DNA from: Octopus bimaculoides
Taxonomy: Eukaryota
Length of the DNA: 64,000 nt
Direction: 5' to 3'
NCBI RefSeq assembly: GCF_001194135.2
Contig: NC_068988.1
Location: 42,139,644 to 42,203,643 of the forward strand
Numbering within the stretch: the first letter of the stretch is position 1; each line of letters opens with the position of its first letter. The position numbers were made by a program, and so were the translations under genes. The notes below the pieces were generated by a model, which saw only the letters and a list, made by a program, of their open reading frames with translations, was not told the DNA's origin and searched no databases. Shown here one piece after another: positions 1 through 12,590 of this stretch.

Positions 1-90
1 AGGAGAGTGAGAGAGAGGAGAGTGAGAGAAAGGAGAGTGAGAGAGAGGAGAGTGAGAGAGAGGAGAGTGAGAGAGAGGAGAGGAGAGAAT
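1..90. repeat. GA-rich compound microsatellite
   Basis: Repeated AGGAGAGTGAGAGAGAGG-type units. Confidence 0.9.
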
Positions 91-224
91 TGTAAAAGCA
101 GTCATTCTTTTAATATATTTTAATAATACACATAAACACACATGCACACACACTTGTATGTGCATGTGTCTAAATATAGAGACATTGATTATATATATGT
201 GTGTGTGTGTGTGTACATATATAC

Positions 225-286
<62 letters not shown>

Positions 287-862
287 NNNNNNNNNNNNNN
301 NNNNNNNNNNNNNNNNNNNNNNNNNNNNNNNNNNNNNNNNNNNNNNNNNNNNNNNNNNNNNNNNNNNNNNNNNNNNNNNNNNNNNNNNNNNNNNNNNNNN
401 NNNNNNNNNNNNNNNNNNNNNNNNNNNNNNNNNNNNNNNNNNNNNNNNNNNNNNNNNNNNNNNNNNNNNNNNNNNNNNNNNNNNNNNNNNNNNNNNNNNN
501 NNNNNNNNNNNNNNNNNNNNNNNNNNNNNNNNNNNNNNNNNNNNNNNNNNNNNNNNNNNNNNNNNNNNNNNNNNNNNNNNNNNNNNNNNNNNNNNNNNNN
601 NNNNNNNNNNNNNNNNNNNNNNNNNNNNNNNNNNNNNNNNNNNNNNNNNNNNNNNNNNNNNNNNNNNNNNNNNNNNNNNNNNNNNNNNNNNNNNNNNNNN
701 NNNNNNNNNNNNNNNNNNNNNNNNNNNNNNNNNNNNNNNNNNNNNNNNNNNNNNNNNNNNNNNNNNNNNNNNNNNNNNNNNNNNNNNNNNNNNNNNNNNN
801 NNNNNNNNNNNNNNNNNNNNNNNNNNNNNNNNNNNNNNNNNNNNNNNNNNNNNNNNNNNNNN
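287..862. other. Assembly gap (N) after (TA)n
   Basis: N-run. Other gaps: 6184-7023, 25382-25521, 28695-29137, 30955-31243, ~38897-38960, 45685-46281; most abut a microsatellite. Confidence 0.98.
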
Positions 863-1442
863 AAACAAAGAGACAAAGGAAGAGAGAGAGAGACTAAAGA
901 GAAACAACGCATGATTAAAAGTATTGGCAGAAGGCAATTGTGCATGAAAGAGGAAGATGGAGAGATCGGGAGATAGAGAGAGAGAGATAAACAGATATAT
1001 AGAGAGAGAGAGGGGGGAGAAGAAATGGGTGAAATCAGATGAGAGACAGAGAGTGGACATCATTGACAGACAGGGAGAGAAGTGGAACAAGAAAGAAAGT
1101 GAGAGAGGCAGCCAATACGAGAGAGATATAGAGATGTGTCTAATGAGGTAAAAGAAGAAGAAAAAAAAAGCGAAATCAAATATTGAGAAACACGAATGTG
1201 GAATAGACGACCGAGATTTTTCATCGTTGATTTGAAATCATCGACTTACATAAGAATAAACAACTGGGTTGAACGTGTAGAAACAGGGTGTGGACATGGT
1301 GCGATATGTTGCTTTACCTCATTATATTCATTGGATTGTTTTCTACGTAGTTGATGCAATATCGTAGTTGTTATTTCATTTCCATATTATTTATACACTA
1401 ACTAAAATATTGTTGTTGTTGTTGTTGGTGGTGTTGTTGTTA

Positions 1443-2450
1443 TGGCGGCGAGCTGATAGGACAATTAGTACGGTGAGCAAACTGCTTAGCAACATTTGAA
1501 AACGTCTTTACGTTCTGAGTTCAAATTCCGCCGAGGTCGACTTTGTCTTTCATCCTTTTGAGGGCGATAAAATAAGTACCAGTGTAGCACTGGGGTGGAT
1601 GTAATCGACAAGCCCCCTCCCTCAAATTTCAGGCCTTGTGCTTATAGTAGAAAAGATTGTTGTTATTATTAAAGCAACGAGCTGGCAGAATCGTTAGGAC
1701 GCCGGGGAAAATGCTTAGCAACATTTCATCCGTCTGCAAGTTCTCCGTTCCAATTCCGCCGAGGATGACTTTGCCTTTCATCCTTTCGGAGTTGGTAAAA
1801 TAAGTACCAGTTGAACACTGAGCTCAATGAATCGTTGGCCTTGTGTCAAAGTGGTGAGCTGGCAGAATTGTTAACCCACCGATCAAAATGCTTGGCAGTA
1901 TTTCGTCCTTCTTTACATTCTAAGTTCAAATTCCGCTGAGCTCCACTTTGTTTCTCATCCTTTCAGGGTTTATAAAACACGTACCGGTCGAACACTGTGG
2001 TCGACGAAATCGACTAGCCCCCTACCCCAAAATTTCAAGCCTCGTACCTATAGTTCAAAAGATTATAATTATTGCCATTATTGTTGTTAATAAGATGACT
2101 ACTTAACGCAATCTTTAACGCGTCGGACACAATGCTTAGCAACATTTCTTCCGTCTCATGCACTGAGATCAAATACTACTGGCGTTTTCTTTGCCCTACA
2201 TCCTCGATAAAATAAGTACTAGTAAAGTGCTGGGGTCGAAGTAATCAACTTACTTCCTTCCCTTAAAATTGCTGGTCTTGTACCAAAATTGGAAAGAATT
2301 ATTATTGTCGTTCAGGCGGTGAATTAGCAGGAACCTTAGCGCATTAGATAAAAATGCTGAGCGATATTTCTTCAGATTCATTTCGTTCTGGATTCAAATC
2401 CTTTCAAGACTGATAAAATAAATGAAGTACTAGGATTGATGTAACTGACA
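1443..2450 (+). mobile_element. Cluster of five head-to-tail tRNA-derived SINE copies (family A)
   Basis: Repeated GGCGGCGAGCTGGCAGAA...TTCAAATTCCGCCGAGGTCGACTTTGCCTTTCATCCTTTCGGGGTCGATAAAATAAGTACCAG starting at ~1443, 1675, 1850, 2090 and 2314, separated by ATT/GTT tails. Confidence 0.85.
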
Positions 2451-2454
2451 TGTC

Positions 2455-2542
2455 TCTTTTGCCGAACCGTTATGTTACGGGAACGTAAACACACCAACAT
2501 TGGTTGTCAAGCGATGGTGAGAGGACAAACACAGACACACAA

Positions 2543-2603
<61 letters not shown>

Positions 2604-2765
2604 ACGGACTTCTTTCAATTTCCGTCTACGAAATCCACTCACAATGCTTTGGTCGGCCTGAAATTATAGTAGAAGACACTTTCCCAAGGTGCCATGCTGT
2701 GGGACTGAACCCGGAACCATGTGGTTGGGAAGCAAGTGTCTTACTAGACCGCCACGCATGCGCCT
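2455..2765 (-). mobile_element. tRNA-derived SINE family B with internal (TA)n
   Basis: Reverse complement of GGCGTGGC...CCACATGGTTCCGGGTTCAGTCCCAC...GGCACCTTGGGAAAGTGTCTTCTACTAT; same family as 12591-13008. Confidence 0.85.
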
Positions 2766-3649
2766 ATATCAGCATTTTTAAAATTAAAAAAATAAATGAT
2801 AAAAGGCTTCATAAAATTATTAAATAAGCAAGTCTTTATTCAACATCAAATATTTTTAAAAACTGATGAAGTCATTTAAAATGAATTTCCCACGGCAAAT
2901 TGTCTACGGCAAAATTTCTTTTAACCAAGTCTGACATGTAACGAGTATACAACCCAAAGACCAGTTCAAGAAAGTTCTATTAATGTTAATGAGCAGTTTA
3001 AGAAGACAGCTTTTAATGTCGTTAGCCACTACCTTTCCAACTTATAGAAGGTGTGTTACGTACACTTATTGACTATAACTACACAAAGGATAAGAAATCG
3101 GTTTTCACTGCTGCAACACAATTTTTTGAAATAACTGAACTCGATTTAGAATTGCTAAAATCTAAGCCTAAAGCAGCAATAAAAACGGACAGTTAATACG
3201 TTTGGCTACTTTGATGGACAAACTTAAAGAAACAAGCCAACGAAATAACTTCTACATTGTCACTGGCTCTGCTAGAAATAGCAGTCAAATCTGCCTCAAA
3301 TCACTGTCTTGCATATGGACAGGGTTTATTCATTAAATTACTTCTACCTACACCTAAAAATGCAGGATGGTTATGATTGGAAAACTTTGATTATATATAT
3401 CTACTCGAATAGAACTGACCTGAAGCTAAATAATATAACAACAATGGCAACAACAAAAGAAAGGCATGCCTTTACGTGGGCAATACTGCTGCGAATAAAT
3501 CACATATAAGCAACAGTAAAAAACAACTATGTTTGAATAAATCTAGCCCGAATATTGCAGCATAAACTACAACAGTCACCATACAGAAGCAATATATTAC
3601 CACTAAACATATATTGAAAGACATAGGCAACAAATTTCTCTCCTAACAG

Positions 3650-3920
3650 AAACTAAAATACTCTAGCTGTCTTAGAAAATTACGGACAAAAGTACAATAA
3701 AACTTCAGTATACAGACAGCCCAAGACATAACACATACTAAAATTAATATTATTTTCCATGATAAAAATAACAATAGTCTACACGGCCATAGCAAATGTC
3801 TCTAATGTTGTAGCCGAAAAGTTAAAGAATGAAATCAACTTAATTGTTGAATTAAAAACGTATAGCAGTTAAGGAATTTGTCTATCAACCATTTATAATT
3901 GATGCAATTAAAATCTAAAC
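3650..3920 (+). pseudogene. Very degenerate R4/Dong-like RLE endonuclease remnant
   Basis: Weak frame-shifted resemblance to the SIQTD...IIF.DK segment of RLE LINEs. Confidence 0.25.
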
Positions 3921-4111
3921 ACAGCTATATCCATTGAGAGATTGACAGTTTATCTTAAGTAAAACAAAAAATAACACTTGGGCCTACAAATATTTTAAGA
4001 CATTCTCATGTAGCAGTTGTTAACCTTGAATATTTTATGCATGCTTTCCAAGATATGTTTAACTATATTTTTTTCATCTGAAAAGAATTTATAATATTTA
4101 TTCTCAACCTA

Positions 4112-4146
<35 letters not shown>

Positions 4147-5081
4147 TCATGGATGATCTCAAACTTTATGGTAAAGATGAATCCCAAATCAGTTCCCTCG
4201 TTGATGCGGTGTATACCTTCAGTGCTGATATCAGTATGCAGTTCGGGCTGAGAAAGTGTGGCGTGTTAGTCTTGAAGAGAGGCAAAAGCAAATGTAAGGA
4301 CAGTCTAACGATACCGTCGGGGGAGGTTGTGAAGCAGATAGAAGAGACAGACTACTAGTACTTGGGGATTTTGGAAATGGATTAATTGATAGAGAAAGAA
4401 ATGACAGAAAAATTTAAGGTGGAGTACTTGCGCAGACTGAGACTGATCCTTAAGTTGAAATTAAACGTACGGAATAAGATAGAAGTTATCAACACCTGGG
4501 CGGTTTCACTCCTTAGATATGGAGCAGGGGTACTCGCATGGACAGTAGACGAACTAAACAGCTTAGACAGGAAGACAAGGAAGTTGCTAACTAGATATGG
4601 GTCACTCTACCCAAAAAGTAACACAAACAGACTGTATGTACCAAGAAAAAGAGGAGGGAGAGGATTAATTGGATGCGAACGCAGCATTAGAGCAGAAGAA
4701 AACAACATAGTATGGTATGTAAAAATGCCACAGAACTGCTATTATTAGAAGTAAGAAGGTCAGGCTTGTGTAGGATGAAAAATTGCAAAGATAAAGCACT
4801 ATACAAGAAATTGAAAACGAATGAAACTGAAAATAGGTGGGTAAAGAAAAGAATGCATGGAGGCTCTAATCTGTTCTATCCAAGAGAAAACCCTAAGAAC
4901 AAACTACATAAAATACAGAATAGACATCACAGCAGAGAGTGATAAGTGCAGAATCTGTGGACAAAACGGTGAAACCGTATGGCATATTACCAGCCAATGT
5001 ACGCTACTAGCCCAGAAGGAATACAAGAGACGCCACGACAATATAGCCAGGCTTGTCCATTGGACACTTTGCAACAGAAGG

Positions 5082-5305
5082 TAGCTTCTTACGTCTTTCG
5101 TGTTTTTGAACGAGGTTTAGCATCCAGCCGTTGTCAGTCCAAATGTGGTGACTTTGTAGGAGATTTCAAATTGGATCAAGCCTCGACCTCCTTGAGCTCT
5201 GAGTAGGTAAAGACAATCTGCGTTTGCCTTTGGATGGTGCAACTTATTGCAAGTCAGCAGCTTACGGTTTTTCTGTCAATCTTCCTTATTTCGCTCATAT
5301 TCCTT
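5082..5305 (-). mobile_element. Inverted fragment of a different R4/Dong-like subfamily nested in the previous element
   Basis: Minus strand reads NMSEIRKIDRKT / RKLLTCNKLHHPKANADCLYLLRAQGGRGLIQFEISYKVTT. Confidence 0.8.
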
Positions 5306-5366
5306 CTAATCGACATATCAATCTAATCGACATATCAATCTAATCGACATATCAATCTAATCGACA
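5306..5366. repeat. 17-bp tandem repeat CTAATCGACATATCAAT x3.5
   Basis: Exact units at 5306, 5323 and 5340 plus a partial unit. Confidence 0.9.
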
Positions 5367-5674
5367 GATGACAAGATATCTCTAAAAAACAACGGATGAA
5401 CTCTCGAAATAGGAAGATCTGGAAATAGAGATAACCTGAACGTGGAGCCTGAAGACAGATCTGAATCTGCGTAGGTGCAGTGGAGAAAACTTTATCACTT
5501 GGATTAGCAAGAATTACCAGTAAAGTTCTTGATACAAAGAAGATATGAAATTCACATACAGGTTTATGCTAGTAACTGTAAAGACAAATGTAAGCATGAA
5601 CACACACACACACATACACACACACGTACACACACATACATACATACATACATACATACATACATACATACAGA

Positions 5675-5884
5675 CGAGAAGGGTGCTGAAAAGTTCCTGG
5701 CTTTGAGGGTATCATGAAAGGATTGGCTGGAGGCCCAACCTTTCAAGTTCTGTTTCAGGGCTTAGAGAAACTGAAAGACTGCTGCCAATATGTGTGAATC
5801 TGAGAGGGGAATACGTTGGATAAAGTCATAATTAACTGATCCTCATGTATTGTCTTTTACCCAAAGCCAGGAACTTTTCCCTCG
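5675..5884 (+). mobile_element. Mariner-derived MITE (copy 1)
   Basis: TIR CGAG..GGGTGCTGAAAAGTTCCTGGCTTT ... AAAGCCAGGAACTTTTC..CTCG-TA; interior GLEKLKDCCQYV resembles a mariner transposase C-terminus; second copy at 34603. Confidence 0.8.
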
Positions 5885-6112
5885 TACATACATGCATGCA
5901 TTTAATTTCTGCCTCGTTTTCGCCAAGCTGATTTCACTCATAAATGGTTCGCCAACTTGAAATTATGGTAGAAGAAATTTATGAGAGTTGCCTTCTAATG
6001 ACACCGAACCCGAAATTAGGTGGTTTAGAAACGAGTTTTTTAATCACACGGCAATACCTTCGTCTAAAATTGCTCCTGACATTTTTCCTATATAGCTGTA
6101 TATTACATATTA

Positions 6113-6143
<31 letters not shown>

Positions 6144-7060
6144 GAGTACTCTTTTTCCACCTTGTTGCACATTTCATGTGCTTNNNNNNNNNNNNNNNNN
6201 NNNNNNNNNNNNNNNNNNNNNNNNNNNNNNNNNNNNNNNNNNNNNNNNNNNNNNNNNNNNNNNNNNNNNNNNNNNNNNNNNNNNNNNNNNNNNNNNNNNN
6301 NNNNNNNNNNNNNNNNNNNNNNNNNNNNNNNNNNNNNNNNNNNNNNNNNNNNNNNNNNNNNNNNNNNNNNNNNNNNNNNNNNNNNNNNNNNNNNNNNNNN
6401 NNNNNNNNNNNNNNNNNNNNNNNNNNNNNNNNNNNNNNNNNNNNNNNNNNNNNNNNNNNNNNNNNNNNNNNNNNNNNNNNNNNNNNNNNNNNNNNNNNNN
6501 NNNNNNNNNNNNNNNNNNNNNNNNNNNNNNNNNNNNNNNNNNNNNNNNNNNNNNNNNNNNNNNNNNNNNNNNNNNNNNNNNNNNNNNNNNNNNNNNNNNN
6601 NNNNNNNNNNNNNNNNNNNNNNNNNNNNNNNNNNNNNNNNNNNNNNNNNNNNNNNNNNNNNNNNNNNNNNNNNNNNNNNNNNNNNNNNNNNNNNNNNNNN
6701 NNNNNNNNNNNNNNNNNNNNNNNNNNNNNNNNNNNNNNNNNNNNNNNNNNNNNNNNNNNNNNNNNNNNNNNNNNNNNNNNNNNNNNNNNNNNNNNNNNNN
6801 NNNNNNNNNNNNNNNNNNNNNNNNNNNNNNNNNNNNNNNNNNNNNNNNNNNNNNNNNNNNNNNNNNNNNNNNNNNNNNNNNNNNNNNNNNNNNNNNNNNN
6901 NNNNNNNNNNNNNNNNNNNNNNNNNNNNNNNNNNNNNNNNNNNNNNNNNNNNNNNNNNNNNNNNNNNNNNNNNNNNNNNNNNNNNNNNNNNNNNNNNNNN
7001 NNNNNNNNNNNNNNNNNNNNNNNATATATATATTATCTTTCTGTTTTAACTTATTTCTTT

Positions 7061-7125
<65 letters not shown>

Positions 7126-7433
7126 CTATCTATCCATCTGTCTGTCTATCTATCTGTCTATGTATCTATCTATCTAGCAAGCTACCTCTATCTCTCTAAC
7201 GCATTATCTTAAATGTTCTATAATTTTTCTCCTTAGACAATATAAAAATATAGATATATATGTGTGCATGTGTGTGTGTGTGTGAGTGTGTGAGTGTGTG
7301 TGTGTGTGCACGCGCGCGTGTGTGAACGTATGTGTGTATATATGTATGTGTATATACATATATATAAATATGTGTATGTGTGTACATATATATACATATA
7401 TACACACATATACATACGTCGCCCCATAATTAT

Positions 7434-7489
<56 letters not shown>

Positions 7490-7589
7490 GATTCTTTGTA
7501 TGTGTGTGAATTCTGTCTTATCACCAATTTACATCTTTCTGCCAGCAATTATTTGCCTTTTGTTTATCACTGCAACCAGCAGATGGTCA

Positions 7590-7695
7590 GATGCTGCTGC
7601 TGCTACTACTACTACTACTACTACTACTGCTGCTGCTACTACCACTACTAGTACTACTGCTGCTGCTGCTGCTGCTACTACTACTACCACTACTT
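7590..7695. repeat. (CTG)/(CTA) trinucleotide compound repeat
   Basis: Direct reading. Confidence 0.9.
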
Positions 7696-7981
7696 AATAG
7701 CTGCTGAAGGGAGAGAAAATTATTCATTCCCCAAAACAAAATTACCGTAAAGATATAAAATTAGGGTCTGTAGTTTAGTTGCCGACAACCTACCATGTCC
7801 TTGCACCAATACTTTGTAAAGGGCTTGGTCTTTACCTAGACAGCAGTAACATTTTACCTGTGGGGCAGAAAGGGTACCGGAATGGTATATATGCGTGTAC
7901 AAAAAAAAAACAGTTCATATATAAACAGACATTTTTATAGACAAGTAGTGAAGCACCGATTGAGTTGGTATTTTAGAAATG

Positions 7982-8197
7982 AAGGAAACCTTGAACGCAG
8001 GAGAATAACTGTGAAAACGACTTAGAGGATCGGCAAAAGATACCCTTTGAGACGAAAAACAGTGACTAGTAAGCCACTAGAGAGAATCGAACTAGAGAGA
8101 AACCCCGACTTGCTGATCACTTTTTTTCTGTTTGTAAGGGTATTTTACTCGATCTTAGCTGTTTTCACAGCTATTCTTCTGTGTTCGAGATTTCCTT
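7982..8197. repeat. Imperfect ~90-bp inverted repeat (hairpin, MITE-like)
   Basis: GAACGCAGGAGAATAACTGTGAAAAC...ATACCCTT versus AAGGGTAT...GTTTTCACAGCTATTCTTCTGTGTTC. Confidence 0.65.
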
Positions 8198-8523
8198 TAT
8201 TTTTAAAACAACAGTCCATAAATAATTATCGGAGACAGAGACGAAAATCTCAATACTCTGATAAACATTTCGTTCCGATCCTTTGTAATAAAATCATCAC
8301 CCGGTGTGGTAGGGCAACAAACTACTGGATTACAATTATCTTGAAATAGAAATAAGCAAGATATGGAGTTTTAAAGTAAACAATGTACAAATAATAATTG
8401 CTATATACAATCCAATAAGCACCCCTGCTAGATATAACCCATATCCTACACAAGGCATTTGCAAATTAATTGCACAGCTCACATGAGATAAAATAACACG
8501 GATTACAAAACAAGTAGTGTAAG

Positions 8524-8574
<51 letters not shown>

Positions 8575-8693
8575 GTAGCCATTTGATCTCTTAGAACGAT
8601 TTTAGAACCATATATATATATATACATGAATATGTATAATGTATATAACTTTTTTGTATTTTTTGCTATTGTTGTGGTTGTGTTGGGTCTTTC

Positions 8694-9039
8694 TTAATTA
8701 CGTATTCGTCTAATCTATCGGCTGTATACATTTGATTTGTGTTTTAAGCTTAATATATGGGTTTTGTTTTTTGCTTTTATTTTATAGACTGCTATGTCTG
8801 TTCAATGTATTGCATAAAATTTGTTACATAATATAGTCTATTAAATCATTTGAACATCCGTTATTAATTACTCCTTTGATTGTTTAGTAATTTCATTGAG
8901 CACTTAGTCTCAAAGGGGAAAATTAAAGACTTTGTTGAGTAGGGATACCAGAACGGAAGTTTTTTTTATATCTGTCTGTGTGAATATTTTTTTAACTATA
9001 CCTGTATACACATTTACTGTTTACCATTCTCAGCATGTA
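8694..9039. repeat. ~345-bp dispersed direct repeat, copy 1 (copy 2 at 11300-11642)
   Basis: Shared TTAATTACGTATTCGTCTAATCTA...GACTGCTATGTCTGTTCAATGTATTGCATAAAATTTG...GCATGTA. Confidence 0.85.
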
Positions 9040-9204
9040 TTCTACAGAATCCCTACTCGATAGTATAGCACATCCAACATACCCCCAAAATCCCATGCTA
9101 CTCACACTCACCAGCCATTACTGTAACACATAAACCACACCGACTCTACGCATACTCTACACATTGACACCTGTTAATGTAACACATAAAACAACCTATC
9201 CAAT

Positions 9205-10385
9205 TGAGGCTCTCAACCATTTTTTGCCTACGGACCCCTTTGATCCCTGATTTACTTAGGTGGACCCTCGTAGCAATTCAATGTATAAAAAAATTCCTAT
9301 CATATTTTTATAATTAAGTACTATTAAGAATTGTATTTAAAAATTGTTTAAATATTTTGTTTATTGTAGAAGTATAACCAATTTATTACATACAATCTAT
9401 CTGTCTAGGTCGTCCCTCAGACTGTTTCCACACGTTTTTCCCATTCATCTCGATCTTCCATCATGGTCCTCAGTTCCTGTCCCCCTTCCATACCAGTATT
9501 CTCCAGCAAGTTGTCGATATAAGTCGTCTTCTTCCTTCCTCTCCTGGTTCTTCCTTCCGTTGGTTGCTAGAGCCCAAGCTTGTTAGCAATTTCATCGGTA
9601 TGTCTGATGCAGTGTCCAGCTAGCCTCATCCTTCTATGTTGTATCTTCAATGTTACTTTTGGTAGTCCCTGGTATAAGTCGGCGTTTGTTGTATGACTCT
9701 TCCAGGAGACATTCAGTACCATTCTAAGCATCTTCGCATAACAACTATCCAACTGCTTCTTCAATGCTTTAGTGAGCGTCCATGTTTCAGCCCCATATAG
9801 AACAGACTCCACTGTTGCCAGAAACAACTTCTAATTCAATTTCCTGCTAACTTTAAACTCCATACTTTTCTCAATCTACGGCATGCGCTCCAGGCAAGAG
9901 CTTTCCTTGCTACGGTGTCTTTTTCAGTATTTTGTGTCTACGCACCAAGGTATTTGAAATTTTCAACTACCTTGAGCGTCCTACTGTCTCTCACTTTCAC
10001 TGACACAGGCCTTTTGTGGTTGAATACTTGCAGCTCTGTTTTCTTTGCGTTACAGTACAATCCTACCTTCCCCGATTCCTGCTTTAATCTACTGAGCACC
10101 TCCTGTGCCTGATCTGTCCTCTCTGTTAGTACTGCCAGCTCATCAGCATAGTCTAGGTCAGTTACTGTTACTGCTTGATGCCGTCTATTTTGCCTATGCA
10201 GTTCTTCTGCCTTACCCTCGTACGTTCTACGCATTACATAGTCCAGAACGGTGGCGAAGAGATAAGGTGTTAGCGTGTCGCCTTGTAATACTCTGGCTTT
10301 GACTTCAAAGTATTGCATACAAATCTTAACAATAAAATCTTATATGGACTCCCTAAGGCTATATGGACCCCAGTTGAGAATTACA
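9205..10385 (+). mobile_element. hAT-type MITE split by an RTE insertion
   Basis: Left end GGCTCTCAACC...GGACCCC, right end GGACCCCAGTTGAGAATTAC; resembles CAGTGGTTCTCAACC...GGTTGAGAACCACTG hAT-Charlie ends. Confidence 0.55.
9396..10310 (-). mobile_element. 5'-truncated RTE-clade LINE with 12-bp TSD
   Basis: VLQGDTLTPYLF, DLDYADE, FKYLG, VESVLYGAETWTLTK, RRMRLAGHCIRH; TSD TATTACATACAA (9384-9395) / TATTGCATACAA (10311-10322). Confidence 0.9.
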
Positions 10386-11299
10386 GCTCTGCACAAACAC
10401 CGCTCGGCTCCAAAAATACCTCACAAAGCATACAAAACACAATCAATACTCAACAAAATTACACAAATCACATTGCACGCAAACCTCCCGGCAAAAAGAC
10501 GAAACCCTAAAAACAAATATACCAAAACACAAGAAACATCAAAACAAGCCCCATAATGCAGCTAAACAGACTTAGTATACAAACACAACTTTATGCCCTT
10601 AAAAGATAATGCTACATGTAAATCAAGAACATGGGTATACGTTTGGTGATTCTACATAAACTCACATGAATCAGTTGATAAAAAAATAGTAATAATTTCT
10701 TCCGTAGACATGACCAGAAATTTAGGTGGGACAACAGTCGTTTATAATGGCTCCAGAAGAATGAAAGGCAAATTTGACCTCAGCACGATTTGAACTTAGA
10801 ACTTAAAGGACAGTAAATTAAATACCACCAGGAACGGCGATTTCTTTATCACTATAACGGTGACAAATGAAAACAGGCATTAAAAATATATAGAAAACAA
10901 GCATTAAAAATAGCAACGACAAAACCATACAACAAAATATTTTGTCTTATTTTGAGTGATATAATGGCCCCTTGATGCACGTACATGAACAGCCAGCGTA
11001 AAAAATTTGGTAGCTTTATGCCCAATGTAATAGCTAAAAATTTGGTAGCTTTATACCCAATGTAATGCCTAATGTAATAGCTAGATTCGATAAGTTTGTA
11101 ACATTTGCATATTACTTGTAGCCCAATAGTTCTGCAGCTTGTTGCCTTGTGGTTTGCTACTGGTGAGCAGTATTTTACTTTTCGTTTATTCATAATATAT
11201 TATTAAAGGCAGAGTAAGATAGTTTGTGCTCTGTTTTTTTTTTGTCTTTTTTGTTATTTTGTTTTTCCTTTTTTGTTGTTGCTGTTTTGTTGAGTTTTT

Positions 11300-11642
11300 T
11301 TAATTACGTATTCGTCTAATCTATAGACAGAAAACATTTGATTTTTGTTTTAAGCTTAATATATGAGTGTTTTGCTTTTATTTTATAGACTGCTATGTCT
11401 GTTCAATGTATTGCATAAAATTTGTTATATAATATAGTCTATTAAATCATTTGAACATCCGTTATTAACTACTCGATTGTTTGTTCTATAATTTCATTGT
11501 GTACTGTTGTCTCGAAGGAGAAAATCAAAAACTTTGCCGAGTAGAAATACCAGAACTGAAGTTTTTATATTTATCTGTGTGAATTTTTTTTTTTTTAACT
11601 ATATCTATATACACATTTGTTGTTTACCATTCCCTGCATGTA
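11300..11642. repeat. ~345-bp dispersed direct repeat, copy 2
   Basis: Aligns by eye with 8694-9039 at roughly 85%. Confidence 0.85.
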
Positions 11643-12590
11643 TAAGCATTTACTAAACTACTTAAATATTTACTGGTCTTATACGTGTATTGCTTTTTAT
11701 TATTCTTATATTTACACCTAAGTATGGGGTTGTTGAATCGCATCAGTGTTTATCTAAATAATGTTACTGGGTAATAAACAAGAGAAGAAAGTTATTCTTC
11801 TAAACCTTACTTAAATTTTTTCGACTTCATTTTGTGCAACCGTCACTACAAAAATATCTCCAAATTTGATGTAAATTGTGGGTTTGTATTTTTAATTGAC
11901 ATTAACTTCTACATTGCCTGGCATGGGTGTATGTTTGCACAAATTCTGTATAGGTATATGTATGTGTATATCTATATATGTATTTAAGTTTGTATGTTAC
12001 GTATGCATGAATGTATGAATATAGATATATTTGTACGTATATAGGTATGCCAGTAGTTATGCCTGTCAGTACGGATATAATGTGGGTACATATATATGCA
12101 CACATAGATATACATATATATACATGCATATATATATATACATACATACATACATATCTACATATATAAGAATATATTTCTGTATTTGTATGCATACATA
12201 AACACAGAAATATGCACACATACATATATAAATGTGCGTGTGTGTGTGTGAATGTTATGCATGTGGCCAAAAAAGGGACAAGGAATTGAAGTGATATAAA
12301 GAGAGAAGCGGCAGAGAATACACAGAGATGGTAAAAAGAATAGCGTTAAATCTATATTATGTAATAAAAATTTTTAGATAGTGCGTGTGTGGTGTTTTAT
12401 TGTAAGTGGAGCTAAGAATTTGTTTCGATACTCCAGTTTCAAATCATTGCAATCTTCAAGCGAGAAGCTAATCGTTGTGGATAAAAACTCGAGTCGCAAG
12501 ACGATATCTCGGTTTGAGGTTTAGTAATAAAAAATCATATCAACTACAACATGCATTGAACGTCATTAACTCAAATGATTTAAACTTCTT

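Larger units (their letters stand above)
4147..5545 (+). mobile_element. 5'-truncated R4/Dong-like non-LTR retrotransposon (RT C-half, CCHC knuckle, RLE remnant)
   Basis: FMDDLKLY; KINTWAV.LLRYGAG...LDRKTRKLL...RLYVPRKRGGRGL; CRICGQNGETVWHITSQC; KRRHDNIAR; later LIDISI...EDLEIEI...GLARITSKVLD; starts directly after (AAT)n at 4114-4146; stops and frameshifts. Confidence 0.85.

Noticed and set aside
142-1090. Long ORFs spanning N-runs (also 5944-7212, 25315-25848, 28640-29342, 30847-31296, 38557-39218, 45442-46429)
   Set aside because: Open only because N codons cannot be stops; the flanks are microsatellites.
11001-11082. 35-bp tandem duplication (also short duplications at 30605-30710 and 56655-56772)
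   Set aside because: Two-copy local slippage events with no further structure.
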